The notes beneath the pieces are model-generated. The model was given only the letters and a program-made list of their open reading frames with translations. It was not told the origin of the DNA and made no database searches. A stretch of DNA of 60,768 nt from an uncultured Nitrospirales bacterium (GTDB lineage Bacteria > Nitrospirota > Nitrospiria > Nitrospirales > NS-4): the NCBI GenBank assembly GCA_964610095.1, contig CAZSUT010000004.1:1-60768 (forward strand). The letters run 5' to 3'. The position numbers and the translations under genes are program-made. Positions 47,663 through 57,164 of this stretch are shown here, one piece after another. Within the stretch, counting starts at the first letter, position 1. Each line of letters begins with the position of its first letter.

Positions 47663-47944
47663 ATGGCTACGGCAGTCGGATTTCCAGTGGAAGATTTGAA
47701 AGAGGCGAATGTCGCCGAGTGGAAGGAACTCGTCGGCACGGCACGGTGCTCGCGGTGCGGAGGCCTCATGGTGACCGAACAGTGCTTTGATCTTCTCAGT
47801 GACAGTGGTTACCTCGATTTCCTGGCCCGACGCTGCGTGCAGTGCGGCGAGCTCGTGGACCCGATCATTCTCAAGCATCGCCGCCTGCGGCTGCTGAGCA
47901 GTCTCGAGAAAACCGAGAGAGGTTTAAAGAACTCCGTATGTTGA
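47663..47944 (+). CDS. Small Zn-ribbon protein
   Basis: GGGGAGG RBS; CSRCGGLMV...RCVQCGELVDP. Confidence 0.78.
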   Translation: MATAVGFPVEDLKEANVAEWKELVGTARCSRCGGLMVTEQCFDLLSDSGYLDFLARRCVQCGELVDPIILKHRRLRLLSSLEKTERGLKNSVC

Positions 47945-48225
47945 AAATTACCATGAGAATAGAAACCGGTGTGATGACCTTCGAGCTTGAAGGGAGACTC
48001 GCCGGCCCTTGGGTAAAGGAGTTGGAACTTTGCTGGCGCTCCGCTGCCAGCACTCAGCGGATCTACCCTGTGCGCGTAGATTTGTCCTCGGTCACCTTCA
48101 TTGACAAAGAGGGGAAAGAGTTGCTGGGTCGGATGTACCAGGAAGGGGCCGAGTTGGTGGCGGCGGGGTGCTTAAACAAATCCATCGTGGAAGGGATTAT
48201 GCGGGCAGAGGAAAGGAAAGCCTGA
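47938..48225 (+). CDS. STAS/anti-anti-sigma-like small protein
   Basis: MLKIT...LEGRLAGPWVKELE...VDLSSVTFID..GKELL. Confidence 0.78.
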   Translation: MLKITMRIETGVMTFELEGRLAGPWVKELELCWRSAASTQRIYPVRVDLSSVTFIDKEGKELLGRMYQEGAELVAAGCLNKSIVEGIMRAEERKA

Positions 48226-48257
48226 GGGCTGACCGGATGATTAACAAGGAGAAAGCG

Positions 48258-48623
48258 ATGAAACAGATAACACTGGCGATTTTCGTGATGGTCCTGGGAG
48301 CTTTCGCCATCGCCGAGGCTGCTGGGGCGGAAGGCAGAGAATGGAAGGTCATTACCGTCGAGCTGGCGCCCGGGAAGGCGGACGAGCGGCATTTCCATCC
48401 TGGCGTCGAGCTCGTCTATGTCCTGGAAGGCGCAGGATACTTGGAAGCGGATGGCAAGCCGCCGGTCGCGTTGAATCCCGGGGCCGTGACGACGTTGCAA
48501 CCGAAGCAAGGCCATGTGCTCAAGAACGCGAGCCAGACACGGCCGCTGAAAGTCCTTGTCGTGCTTCGCCTCCCCAATGAGGGGGTCAGGCGGCAGCAGG
48601 CGTACGAGCAACCCATCTTCTGA
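48258..48623 (+). CDS. Exported cupin domain protein
   Basis: Signal peptide; HFHPGVELVYVLEG...GH. Confidence 0.8.
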   Translation: MKQITLAIFVMVLGAFAIAEAAGAEGREWKVITVELAPGKADERHFHPGVELVYVLEGAGYLEADGKPPVALNPGAVTTLQPKQGHVLKNASQTRPLKVLVVLRLPNEGVRRQQAYEQPIF

Positions 48624-48938
48624 ATGGCGAAAATGCGTACAGGCTACCTGTCTCCTTTTTCTGTCACGCTGCTGACCCTAGGACTTCTCGCTTCCACGCT
48701 CGTCGGGTGCGCGAGCCTTCCCGTGCAGGAGGATGACACGCTGGCGGGCTATCGCCTGGAGCTCGCGCGACTCGTGGAGACCGGTGTGCTGACGAATGAT
48801 GACGCGGAGAAGTTCTATGGAATTGCCAGCCTGGAGATGGAGCGGCGGGCTAAACAGCGCGCCGAACAGCGCCAAGGACCCCCGGCTGTCGAATCCCGGG
48901 GTGCAGTAAACCGTCCATCATTCGGCCACATTCTGTGA
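48624..48938 (+). CDS. Hypothetical lipoprotein
   Basis: Lipobox LVGC after a hydrophobic stretch; abuts the cupin stop. Confidence 0.6.
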   Translation: MAKMRTGYLSPFSVTLLTLGLLASTLVGCASLPVQEDDTLAGYRLELARLVETGVLTNDDAEKFYGIASLEMERRAKQRAEQRQGPPAVESRGAVNRPSFGHIL

Positions 48939-48957
48939 TGAGGAAGAGGAAGATTCC

Positions 48958-49750
48958 ATGGACCTGCAACTCACAGGCAAGCTCGCGCTGGTGACTGGCT
49001 CGACCGCAGGCATCGGTCTTGCCATTGGCTCAACCCTGGCCGATGAAGGCGGACGGTGATCATCAACGGACGCTCAGAGAGCCGCGTGACCGGAGCCGTC
49101 GCGAAGATCCGACAGAGGTATCCTCAGGCAAAACTGGAGACGCTCGCCGCGGACCTGAGCAAAGCGCAAGTGGTAAAGCAAGCCACCAGTCGATTCCCTC
49201 ACGTGGACATCTTGATCAATAACCTCGGCAGCTACGAGGCAAAATCTTTCGAGGACATCTCGGATGAGGATTGGACGGCGATCATCGAAACGAATTTCAT
49301 GAGCGCGTGCGATTGAGCCGTCTTTACCTGCCGAAGATGAAAACGAAGAATTGAGGCAGGATCATTTTCATCTCGAGCGAATCAGCCATCAATATCCCTG
49401 TCGAGATGATTCACTATGGTGTTACGAAGACCATGCAACTGGCGCTGGCGCGCGGTCTGGCCGAAACCACGGCAGGCACAGGCGTGACGGTCAACTCCAT
49501 CTTGGCGGGACCGACTTGGTCCGAGGGAGTGGAGGGATTCGTCGATCAGATTGCGAAGTCTCGGGGAGTTGAGCCGTTTGTTGTGGAGAAGGAGTTCTTC
49601 GAGACCGTCCGCCCTAGTTCACTCCTCAAGCGGTTCGCCACGGCAGAGGAAGTCGCCGCGTTGGTCGCGTTCGTCGCCAGCCCGCTTTCCTCCGCGACAA
49701 ACGGGACGGCGCTACGCGTGGATGGCGGAGTGGTCCGCTCGATCATCTGA
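48958..49750 (+). pseudogene. Short-chain dehydrogenase/reductase pseudogene
   Basis: MDLQLTGKLALVTGSTAGIG; frameshift near 49050; frameshift near 49305; TGA at 49352 where Trp is expected (KN*GRIIFISSE); YGVTK motif downstream. Confidence 0.88.
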
Positions 49751-49815
49751 TCACTTTTTCATGATGTGAGGATGCGCGATGCAACCGGCAAGGAACGGAA
49801 ATAAGGGAGAGACTC

Positions 49816-50280
49816 ATGAAAGAAAACCTCGAGAAAGTCGAACTGCTGGCCCGTGATCTGCGGAACGGCAAAGAGTTCCCACGCAGCCCGCGTGAAACGC
49901 TGGGCGGCTATGTGCTGGCCGCTCGCGCGCTGGACAAATGCCGCGCGGTCCTCGTCGGCTGGCAGGGCGAATTCCACTCCAATTGCCCGCTCGATCAGCG
50001 GTGGCTGAAGTTCGCTGAGATTGACTACAATGCGTACCGGTCGTTTGTCGTCACCGGCGCGACCGACGACGAGGTCGCCGCGTGGATCGGCGAGCACGCC
50101 AAGAAACGCTCCCGAGCCGACATCGTCATCTGGAACAACCGGGAACGTGACCTGCACTTGAGCGACCTGACCCCGGAGTTGCAGGAATACATGGAGGACT
50201 ACATCCAGAAGTACATCCCGCGCAATCGCGTGGTGTACCACTGGTTCGATGTGTACGACTTGGAAGAGGAACGTCTCTGA
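49816..50280 (+). CDS. DUF5069-like protein
   Basis: PRSPRETLGGY..AARALDKCRA...NCPLD...DDEVAAW. Confidence 0.72.
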   Translation: MKENLEKVELLARDLRNGKEFPRSPRETLGGYVLAARALDKCRAVLVGWQGEFHSNCPLDQRWLKFAEIDYNAYRSFVVTGATDDEVAAWIGEHAKKRSRADIVIWNNRERDLHLSDLTPELQEYMEDYIQKYIPRNRVVYHWFDVYDLEEERL

Positions 50281-50348
50281 GTGAAGGGAAAGGGGACAGG
50301 AATATCCACGCCGGCGGCGGCGTGGTGATGTGAGGGGATAATAAAACT

Positions 50349-51239
50349 ATGAACAGACCGATTCGCATTCTGTTACAGACGACCATTCCCGAAACCGAAG
50401 ATGACTGGCACATCGGGCGATTCTCTTTGCTGCGCGACCACCTTGCTTCTTTGAAAGACGAAACGGGGAATAGGCTGTGCCAGGTGACGGCGCGCAACCG
50501 TGAGTCGGATGCCGGAGCAGATGACCCGGTGCTGAGTACACTTGATCGCTCAGACTTTGATGAGCTCTGGCTGTTTGCCGTTGACGTTGGCGACGGTCTG
50601 ACGGCTGCGGACTGTCGAGGCATCACGCGCTTTCGTCAACGCGGCGGAGGCGTCCTCGCCACACGGGACCATCAGGATTTGGGCTCATCTCTCTGCACGC
50701 TGGGCGGCGTCGGACGCGCGCATTTCTTTCACACGCGAAATCCCGATCCTGATGAATCACGGCGCACGATTGACGATTCAACCACGAAATCCATCTCGTG
50801 GCCGAATTATCATTCCGGTAGCAACGGCGATTATCAAATCATCACGCCCGTAGAGCCTGTACATGAGCTGTTGCACAATCCTAGTGCGCCTCCCAGGGTG
50901 ATTAGATATTTTCCTGCTCATCCCCATGAAGGCGCGGTCGGCGTTCCCGACGGTGAAGAGCACGCGTGCGTTATCGCCATTGGCAAAAGCCGGAAGACCG
51001 GGCGCACATTCAACCTCGCCGTCGCTTTCGAGAGAGCGAAAGACAAGCAGGGCAACACGGTCGGTCGCGGGATAGCCGAGGCAAGCTTTCATCACTTCGT
51101 GGACTACAACTGGGATACGGAGAAGGGTGCGCCGAGCTTTGTCGACGAGCCGCCTGGCGACGGCATCAAGCGCGAGCCGCACACGCTCAACGACATAAAG
51201 ACGTACGTTCGCAACCTGGCTATCTGGCTTGCTCCTTGA
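50349..51239 (+). CDS. Conserved hypothetical protein
   Basis: 296-aa ORF with coding-like composition (DDWHIGRFSLL, DELWLFAVD, TRDHQDLG, SFHHFVDYNW); family not named with confidence. Confidence 0.7.
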   Translation: MNRPIRILLQTTIPETEDDWHIGRFSLLRDHLASLKDETGNRLCQVTARNRESDAGADDPVLSTLDRSDFDELWLFAVDVGDGLTAADCRGITRFRQRGGGVLATRDHQDLGSSLCTLGGVGRAHFFHTRNPDPDESRRTIDDSTTKSISWPNYHSGSNGDYQIITPVEPVHELLHNPSAPPRVIRYFPAHPHEGAVGVPDGEEHACVIAIGKSRKTGRTFNLAVAFERAKDKQGNTVGRGIAEASFHHFVDYNWDTEKGAPSFVDEPPGDGIKREPHTLNDIKTYVRNLAIWLAP

Positions 51240-51288
51240 CAAGGCGAAAATGGGGACAGGCTCCTTTTTCATGACGGGAGGACGCTCC

Positions 51289-51384
51289 ATCGGCGGCCCC
51301 TCCGGTGCGGCTGCCCGTCTCGGGATGAAGCGGGCCACGTTCCAGTCCAGAATGAGGAAGCTCCGCATCTCACGCCGCTCCTGA
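51289..51384 (+). pseudogene. 3' remnant (Fis HTH only) of a second FhlA-like sigma54 activator
   Basis: IGGPSGAAARLGMKRATFQSRMRKLRISRRS* aligns with [31 protein letters not shown] of the 41825-43900 protein. Confidence 0.8.
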
Positions 51385-51543
51385 TGCCGATATTTCGGCA
51401 TCTGCCGATATGTCGGCGCGGCCTCTTCGGCACCGCATCCCTCACCCGACAAAAGCCTGCACTCTAGCAAGCTCTAACCAGCAGTCGTTTCAACAAGTTA
51501 GCCGACTTCTGCCAGATTGAGGTGCGTTGGGAATGTGAATTGC
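51385..51543 (+). promoter_or_regulatory. sigma54 promoter module, copy 2
   Basis: TGCCGATATTTCGGCA (51385-400), TGCCGATATGTCGGCG (51403-18), TTTCAACAAGTTA (51488-500), GGGAATGTGAATTGC (51529-43); same offsets as copy 1. Confidence 0.78.
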
Positions 51544-51590
51544 CATTGTTTGGGGTGAAGGAAAGGGGAAGGAATACATTGAGCTCGCCC

Positions 51591-52358
51591 ATGATTCAGT
51601 TTACAGATGTCTCCGTGAGGTTCGGCGACCGACAGATCCTCGAGAAGTTCTCTATGACTGTGCCGTTTGGCGAGACGCTTGCCATTCTAGGAGGGAGCGG
51701 CGCCGGGAAGACGACGCTTCTTCGGCTTATTGAGGGGCTTGTGCAACCGGACACGGGGAGTATCATGATCGACGGCCAAGAGGTAGTGGGTCTATCGGAG
51801 CATCAGATGACTCGTGTCCGGAATACGATGGCCTTGGTCTTTCAAGGCGCGGCCCTCTTCGATTCCGTGACCGTGCGGGAGAATGTGGGCTATCGCCTCT
51901 GGGACCAGGCGATGTTAAGCGAGAAGACGATCGAGAGCAGGATTGCGGAAAGCTTGCATTTCGTCGGACTCGATGACATCACAGAGGCCATGCCGGGCGA
52001 GCTGAGCGGTGGCATGAAAAAGCGGGTGGCGATTGCGCGCGCGCTGGCGAGCCACCCCCGGCTGATCCTCTATGATGAACCGACAGCCGGGTTGGACCCG
52101 ATCAATACGCACATTGTTAAGGAGCTGATTTGCCGGCTGCACGGTCAGGATCATGTCACCCAGATTGTTGTCACACACGACGTCGAGACTGCGTATCAGG
52201 TGGCCGATCACCTGATCATGATCCACCAAGGGGAGAAGATCTTCGATGGGACGGTCTCTGAACTGAAGATGTCCACTGAAGAGCGCGTTCAGGCCTTTCT
52301 GCATCCAGACACGGTCCTGTCAGCGTCGGATGAGGGTGTCTATTCGGCTGCAAGGTGA
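51591..52358 (+). CDS. ABC ATP-binding protein, MlaF/Ttg2A-like
   Basis: GGSGAGKT, VFQGAALFDS, LSGGMKKRVAIARAL, LYDEPTAGLDP. Confidence 0.9.
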   Translation: MIQFTDVSVRFGDRQILEKFSMTVPFGETLAILGGSGAGKTTLLRLIEGLVQPDTGSIMIDGQEVVGLSEHQMTRVRNTMALVFQGAALFDSVTVRENVGYRLWDQAMLSEKTIESRIAESLHFVGLDDITEAMPGELSGGMKKRVAIARALASHPRLILYDEPTAGLDPINTHIVKELICRLHGQDHVTQIVVTHDVETAYQVADHLIMIHQGEKIFDGTVSELKMSTEERVQAFLHPDTVLSASDEGVYSAAR

Positions 52359-52361
52359 CCC

Positions 52362-53309
52362 ATGGATGACGTGACACAATTCGTGATCCGCTATAGCAGC
52401 CTCGTCCTCTTCGCTGCGGTGTTTGTCGATCAGGTGGGGTTGCCGATTCCTGCGTTCCCGGTGCTGCTCGCCGCTGGGGCGCTGGCTGGGGCTGGCCAAA
52501 TGAACCTCGGAATGGCTGTCGGCTTAGGTGTGACCGCCAGCCTGGTGGGCGATTTCATCTGGTACTACCTGGGTCTCTATCGGGGCCGGCATGTGCTGAA
52601 CTTGCTCTGCCGCATCTCGTTCGAGCCGGATTCGTGCGTGCGCCGCACGGAGAACTTCTTCGGCCGACACGGAATGCGGTCTCTCGTTCTCGCCAAGTTC
52701 ATTCCCGCAGTAAGCACGGTAACGCCGGCCCTCGCGGGGCTGTTCAATGTGAGCATCGGGCGATTCTTGTTCTACGATGGCCTGGGCGCACTCCTTTGGA
52801 CGGCAGCCTTCATCGCTCTTGGTTATCTGTTCAGCGACCAGCTCGAGCAGATCGCGGCGCAGGCGGCCCGTTTCGGCGGCTCGTTCGTCGTGTTGATCGT
52901 AGGCGCCTTGGCCTTGTATATCTCCTACAAATACATCAACCGGCAACTCATACTAAGGAAATTGCGCATTGCACGGATCACCGCTGACGAGCTCAAGCGA
53001 ATGATGGACGACGGCCATGAAATGATGATCGTGGATTTGCGCCAGCCTCTCGATATTCAGACCGATCCCTACACGATCCCCGGCGCGCTGCGGATGGCGA
53101 TGGAAGAGCTGGAGCAACGGCATCATGAAATCCCTCGTGATCGGGATGTGATCCTGTACTGCGCCTGTCCCAATGAAGCGACCGCCGCTCGGACGGCGCT
53201 TCTGCTGAAAAAGAACGGCATCACGCGAGTCCGGCCACTGGCCGGCGGGGTCGAGGCTTGGCGTGCGAGTAATTATCCATTGCAAAAGCTGGGCGAGCAG
53301 GTGGCATGA
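52362..53309 (+). CDS. DedA/VTT + rhodanese fusion membrane protein
   Basis: GLPIPAFP, LAKFIP DedA motifs; C-terminal VDLR...IPGA...LYCACPNE...LAGGVEAW. Confidence 0.88.
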   Translation: MDDVTQFVIRYSSLVLFAAVFVDQVGLPIPAFPVLLAAGALAGAGQMNLGMAVGLGVTASLVGDFIWYYLGLYRGRHVLNLLCRISFEPDSCVRRTENFFGRHGMRSLVLAKFIPAVSTVTPALAGLFNVSIGRFLFYDGLGALLWTAAFIALGYLFSDQLEQIAAQAARFGGSFVVLIVGALALYISYKYINRQLILRKLRIARITADELKRMMDDGHEMMIVDLRQPLDIQTDPYTIPGALRMAMEELEQRHHEIPRDRDVILYCACPNEATAARTALLLKKNGITRVRPLAGGVEAWRASNYPLQKLGEQVA

Positions 53310-53361
53310 TGGTGAAGAACCCGGCCGTCTATGGAGGAGGATGGGATGAAAGGAGGCTGCA

Positions 53362-54225
53362 ATGAAGTCGTTGCCTCGAAAAATCGATACGATCATCGAG
53401 CCGGAACCTGTCGTTGAAGGCGCCGGAGTCAGGCTCAAACGAAGTATTGCGACGCGAAGGCTGGACTATCTTGACCCATTCCTGTTGCTGGATCACTTTG
53501 CGTCCAGCAATCCGCGTGACTATGAGGCCGGATTCCCCCTGCATCCCCATCGAGGGATCGAAACGGTGACCTACGTGCTGCGGGGAGAGGTGCATCACAA
53601 GGACACCCTCGGCAACTCCGGAACCATCGGGGCCGGGGACGTTCAGTGGATGACGGCCGGACGCGGCATCATGCACGAGGAAATGCCGCAGGTGCGCCCG
53701 GAAGGGATTGCCGGATTCCAACTCTGGGTCAATCTGCCGGCGAAGCTCAAGATGACCAAGCCGCGCTACCAGGATATCCGGTCGGCCGAGATCCCTGAGA
53801 TCAAAAATGAAAACGGGGCAAGCATCCGGGTGATTACTGGAACAGTTGATGAGATCAACGGTCCGGTGACCGACATTGCCGCCAACCCAATCTACATGGA
53901 CGTGTTCGTTCCCGCTCATGACTCATTCACCCAGCCGATCCACCGGGGGCACACAGCATTCGCTTACGTTTTTGAAGGCGAGGCGAGATTTGCTGGCGAT
54001 GATAAAGATGGCGGCACCATGGTTTCGCACCCAAGGCTCGTCGTGTTGGGTGACGGCGACTATCTGAAGGTGGTCACGGGTGAGACACCGGTTCGCTTTC
54101 TGCTGGTTTCCGGGAAACCGCTGCACGAGCCCATCGCGCGGTATGGCCCGTTCGTGATGAACACGCAAGAGGAGATCGAGCAGACCCTGCAAGAACTCCG
54201 ACAGGGAACCTTCGTTACCACGTGA
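53362..54225 (+). CDS. Pirin family protein
   Basis: DPFLLLDHF, HPHRGIETVTY, WMTAGRGIMHEE, QLWVNLP, GPFVMN. Confidence 0.93.
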   Translation: MKSLPRKIDTIIEPEPVVEGAGVRLKRSIATRRLDYLDPFLLLDHFASSNPRDYEAGFPLHPHRGIETVTYVLRGEVHHKDTLGNSGTIGAGDVQWMTAGRGIMHEEMPQVRPEGIAGFQLWVNLPAKLKMTKPRYQDIRSAEIPEIKNENGASIRVITGTVDEINGPVTDIAANPIYMDVFVPAHDSFTQPIHRGHTAFAYVFEGEARFAGDDKDGGTMVSHPRLVVLGDGDYLKVVTGETPVRFLLVSGKPLHEPIARYGPFVMNTQEEIEQTLQELRQGTFVTT

Positions 54226-54271
54226 GTCAAGGAAAAGGGAAAGGAAATGAAAATTTGAAAGGAGGTACTCC

Positions 54272-54877
54272 ATGAAGAGTCATTCTGTAAAAGATCAGAG
54301 CATTCTCGACCGCGTGCGGCCGGTTGTGGATCAGGACTCGAGAGAGATCCAACCGTATGGAAGGATCGCAAAGCTGCCGATCGCGTTGGCAGAGAACGTC
54401 TGCAAGGCGAGTGTGGAAAATCTCAACCAACTCCTCGCCGACACGATCACGCTGCGCGACATGTATAAGAAGCACCACTGGCAGGTCGCGGGCCAGACCT
54501 TCTATCAACTGCATCTGCTCTACGACAAGCACTTTCAGGAACAGAGCGAACTCGTGGATTCGCTCGCCGAGCGTATCCAGATGCTGGGTGGGGTCAGCAT
54601 TGCGATGGCGCACGATGTGGCAGAGACGACCCTGATTCCTCGGCTCCCGCGCGGCCGGCAGGAGGTGCCCGTGCAACTGGCTCGGCTACTCCATGCGCAC
54701 GAGGTCATCCTGCTTGAGTCCCGAACGATGGCAAAGCAAGCCGTCGAAGCTGGTGATGACGGGACGAATGACTTGTTGGTGAGCGATGTGATCCGCACGA
54801 ACGAAATGCAGGTCTGGTTTCTCTCGGAGCATTTGGTTGAGGAGCCTCTTGTTCGCGCCAGCGGACGAGTGGGGTAG
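54272..54877 (+). CDS. dps: DNA starvation/stationary-phase protection protein
   Basis: KKHHWQVAG..FYQLHLLYD, DSLAERI, W.L ferroxidase residues. Confidence 0.9.
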   Translation: MKSHSVKDQSILDRVRPVVDQDSREIQPYGRIAKLPIALAENVCKASVENLNQLLADTITLRDMYKKHHWQVAGQTFYQLHLLYDKHFQEQSELVDSLAERIQMLGGVSIAMAHDVAETTLIPRLPRGRQEVPVQLARLLHAHEVILLESRTMAKQAVEAGDDGTNDLLVSDVIRTNEMQVWFLSEHLVEEPLVRASGRVG

Positions 54878-54972
54878 GGATCCCAGATGACGCTTTCGCG
54901 TCGTGCTCCGATCAGTCGGCGCGGCGATGCACCAGCCGTAAGGTCCAGCAACGAGGAGGCACAGAGACGAGT

Positions 54973-55290
54973 ATGAAAATGTTGTTAATTGTGGCTCATG
55001 ATTATTTGGATGAAAGTTTGTTAGAAATATTGAGAAAGAATAATGTTCATGCGTTTACCCTGATTCGTAAGGTGGGGGGCGCTGGAGAGACAGGAGAAAG
55101 AGGAATACCGTTAGGTTTCTCTTTCCTCTATCCCGGATATAATTTGATCGTCTTTGCGGTCCTCCCATCCGATCGAGCAGAGCACGTGGTTAGCGCCCTG
55201 AAGGAGTTTCATGTCGCCCGATTACAGGCTACTCATGGACATCCTATCCCATTTAGGATGTTTGCTCTGCCATGCGAACAGATCTTGTAG
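54973..55290 (+). CDS. P-II-like small protein
   Basis: MKMLLIV...AFTLIRKVGGAGETG P-II-like topology; visibly AT-rich. Confidence 0.65.
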   Translation: MKMLLIVAHDYLDESLLEILRKNNVHAFTLIRKVGGAGETGERGIPLGFSFLYPGYNLIVFAVLPSDRAEHVVSALKEFHVARLQATHGHPIPFRMFALPCEQIL

Positions 55291-55329
55291 TCCGTTGAAG
55301 AACGTGAAAGCGAAATAGGAGGTCAAGAC

Positions 55330-56373
55330 ATGTTACCGACACGTGGATATGCAACCAAAGGTCCTACGTCTATTCTCGAACCATTCAACTTTGAGCGGCG
55401 CGAACCGGGTCCGCACGATGTGCTGATCGAAATTCTCTACTGCGGCATCTGTCACTCTGACATTCATCAGGCACGAGACGAGTGGGGTGGCTCGATTTTT
55501 CCCATGGTCCCTGGCCACGAAATTGTCGGACGCGTTACACGCGTCGGATCCAAAGTGAAACGATTCAAAATCGGCGAGCTTGCCGCAGTCGGCTGTTTCG
55601 TGGACTCCTGCCGAGTGTGCGCGAGCTGCAAGGCAGGCCTGGAGCAGTACTGCGAAGTTCATCTCGTCCTCACGTACAACGGAACCGAGAAAGACGAAAA
55701 GACTCCGACGTACGGGGGCTACTCCTCGCAAATCGTTGTGGACGAGAACTACACGCTCAAGATCTCCCCGAAGCTCCCGCCTGCCAACGTCGCTCCCCTG
55801 CTCTGTGCCGGCATCACCACGTACTCGCCGCTCAGGCATTTCAAAGTCGGTCCGGGACAACGAGTCGGAGTCGTCGGGTTAGGCGGTTTGGGTCACATGG
55901 CAGTCAAGCTGGCTGCCGCAATGGGCGCTGAGGTCACCGTTTTCAGCACATCCAAAACGAAAGAACAGGATGCGCGGCGTCTTGGCGCGCATGACTTTGT
56001 CGTGTCGTTGGACCCAAAGAATCTGGACGCCCTCGCCAACCGATTTGATTTCATCCTTGACGCGGTCTCCGCGCCACATGATGTCAATGCGTACCTGAAT
56101 CTATTGCGCAGGGATGGGGTGCTGACGCTGGTGGGCGTTCCGGCCAAACCGTTGGAGGTCCATGCCTTCTCGCTTCTTCTAAAGCGAAGAACCCTTGCGG
56201 GTTCGATCATCGGCGGTATTCGCGAGACTCAGGAGATGCTCGATTACTGCGCAGAAAAGAACATTACTTCCGATGTCGAGGTGATCCCAATACACCAGGT
56301 CGATGCGGCTTGGGAGCGGACGATCAAAGGCGATGTACGTTATCGCTTTGTCATCGACATGAAAACACTGTGA
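55330..56373 (+). CDS. Zn-dependent NAD(P) alcohol dehydrogenase (cinnamyl-ADH/YahK-like)
   Basis: CGICHSD, PGHEIVG, LLCAGITTYSPL, GLGGLGH, RYRFVID. Confidence 0.93.
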   Translation: MLPTRGYATKGPTSILEPFNFERREPGPHDVLIEILYCGICHSDIHQARDEWGGSIFPMVPGHEIVGRVTRVGSKVKRFKIGELAAVGCFVDSCRVCASCKAGLEQYCEVHLVLTYNGTEKDEKTPTYGGYSSQIVVDENYTLKISPKLPPANVAPLLCAGITTYSPLRHFKVGPGQRVGVVGLGGLGHMAVKLAAAMGAEVTVFSTSKTKEQDARRLGAHDFVVSLDPKNLDALANRFDFILDAVSAPHDVNAYLNLLRRDGVLTLVGVPAKPLEVHAFSLLLKRRTLAGSIIGGIRETQEMLDYCAEKNITSDVEVIPIHQVDAAWERTIKGDVRYRFVIDMKTL

Positions 56374-56432
56374 CAGGTCAGGAGCCGCCCAAGTAAGCCT
56401 TCGGGAGTTCAGGTGATTGGGAAGGAGTAACA

Positions 56433-57131
56433 ATGAGCGCATCACAGGAAACTCAGTCGGTGGCCTTTTTGTTTGATCTGGATGGTACCCTGGTAGATAG
56501 CGTGTACCAGCATGTCCTGGCCTGGCGAGAAGCGATGCACGCGGCAGGCATTGAGCTAGCGGTGTGGCGGATTCATCGGCAGATCGGCATGAGCGGCGGT
56601 CTCATGTTAAATGCGTTGCTTCGGGAAACCGGCCAACCTGTCTCACAGGAAAAGGCCGAGCGCATCCAGCGCGTGCACGCGGACGCGTATGAACGGCAAG
56701 TGGAATCGCTTCGGCTTCTGCCAGGCGCGCAAGAGCTCTTGGATAAGTTGTCGGCGCATCACGTGCCGTATGCGATCGCCACCAGTGGACGCTTGCAGAG
56801 CGCCCAACACACGCTTAAACTGCTCAAGCTTCACGCTGGCGCCCCAGTCGTGACTCGCGATCAGGTGCGCCGCGCCAAACCGGACCCCGATGTGTTTTTA
56901 GCTGCCGCCCAACAGCTCAACGTCCCAATCACCCGCTGCGTCGTCGTCGGCGACAGCGTCTGGGACATGCTCGCCGCGCGACGGGCCTTGGCGCTAGGAG
57001 TCGGCCTGCTTTCCGGCGGATACGGGCAAGACGAGCTCGAACGGGCGGGTGCCTACCGGGTGTACGACGATCCTGCCGACTTGTTGCGGCATCTCGATGA
57101 GGTCGGCGTGCGGTTCGAATCGACAACATAA
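56433..57131 (+). CDS. HAD family hydrolase
   Basis: DLDGTL, KPDPD, GDSVWD. Confidence 0.9.
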   Translation: MSASQETQSVAFLFDLDGTLVDSVYQHVLAWREAMHAAGIELAVWRIHRQIGMSGGLMLNALLRETGQPVSQEKAERIQRVHADAYERQVESLRLLPGAQELLDKLSAHHVPYAIATSGRLQSAQHTLKLLKLHAGAPVVTRDQVRRAKPDPDVFLAAAQQLNVPITRCVVVGDSVWDMLAARRALALGVGLLSGGYGQDELERAGAYRVYDDPADLLRHLDEVGVRFESTT

Positions 57132-57164
57132 ATTTACCCTTTAAGATGATTAAGGAGAGGAGTC

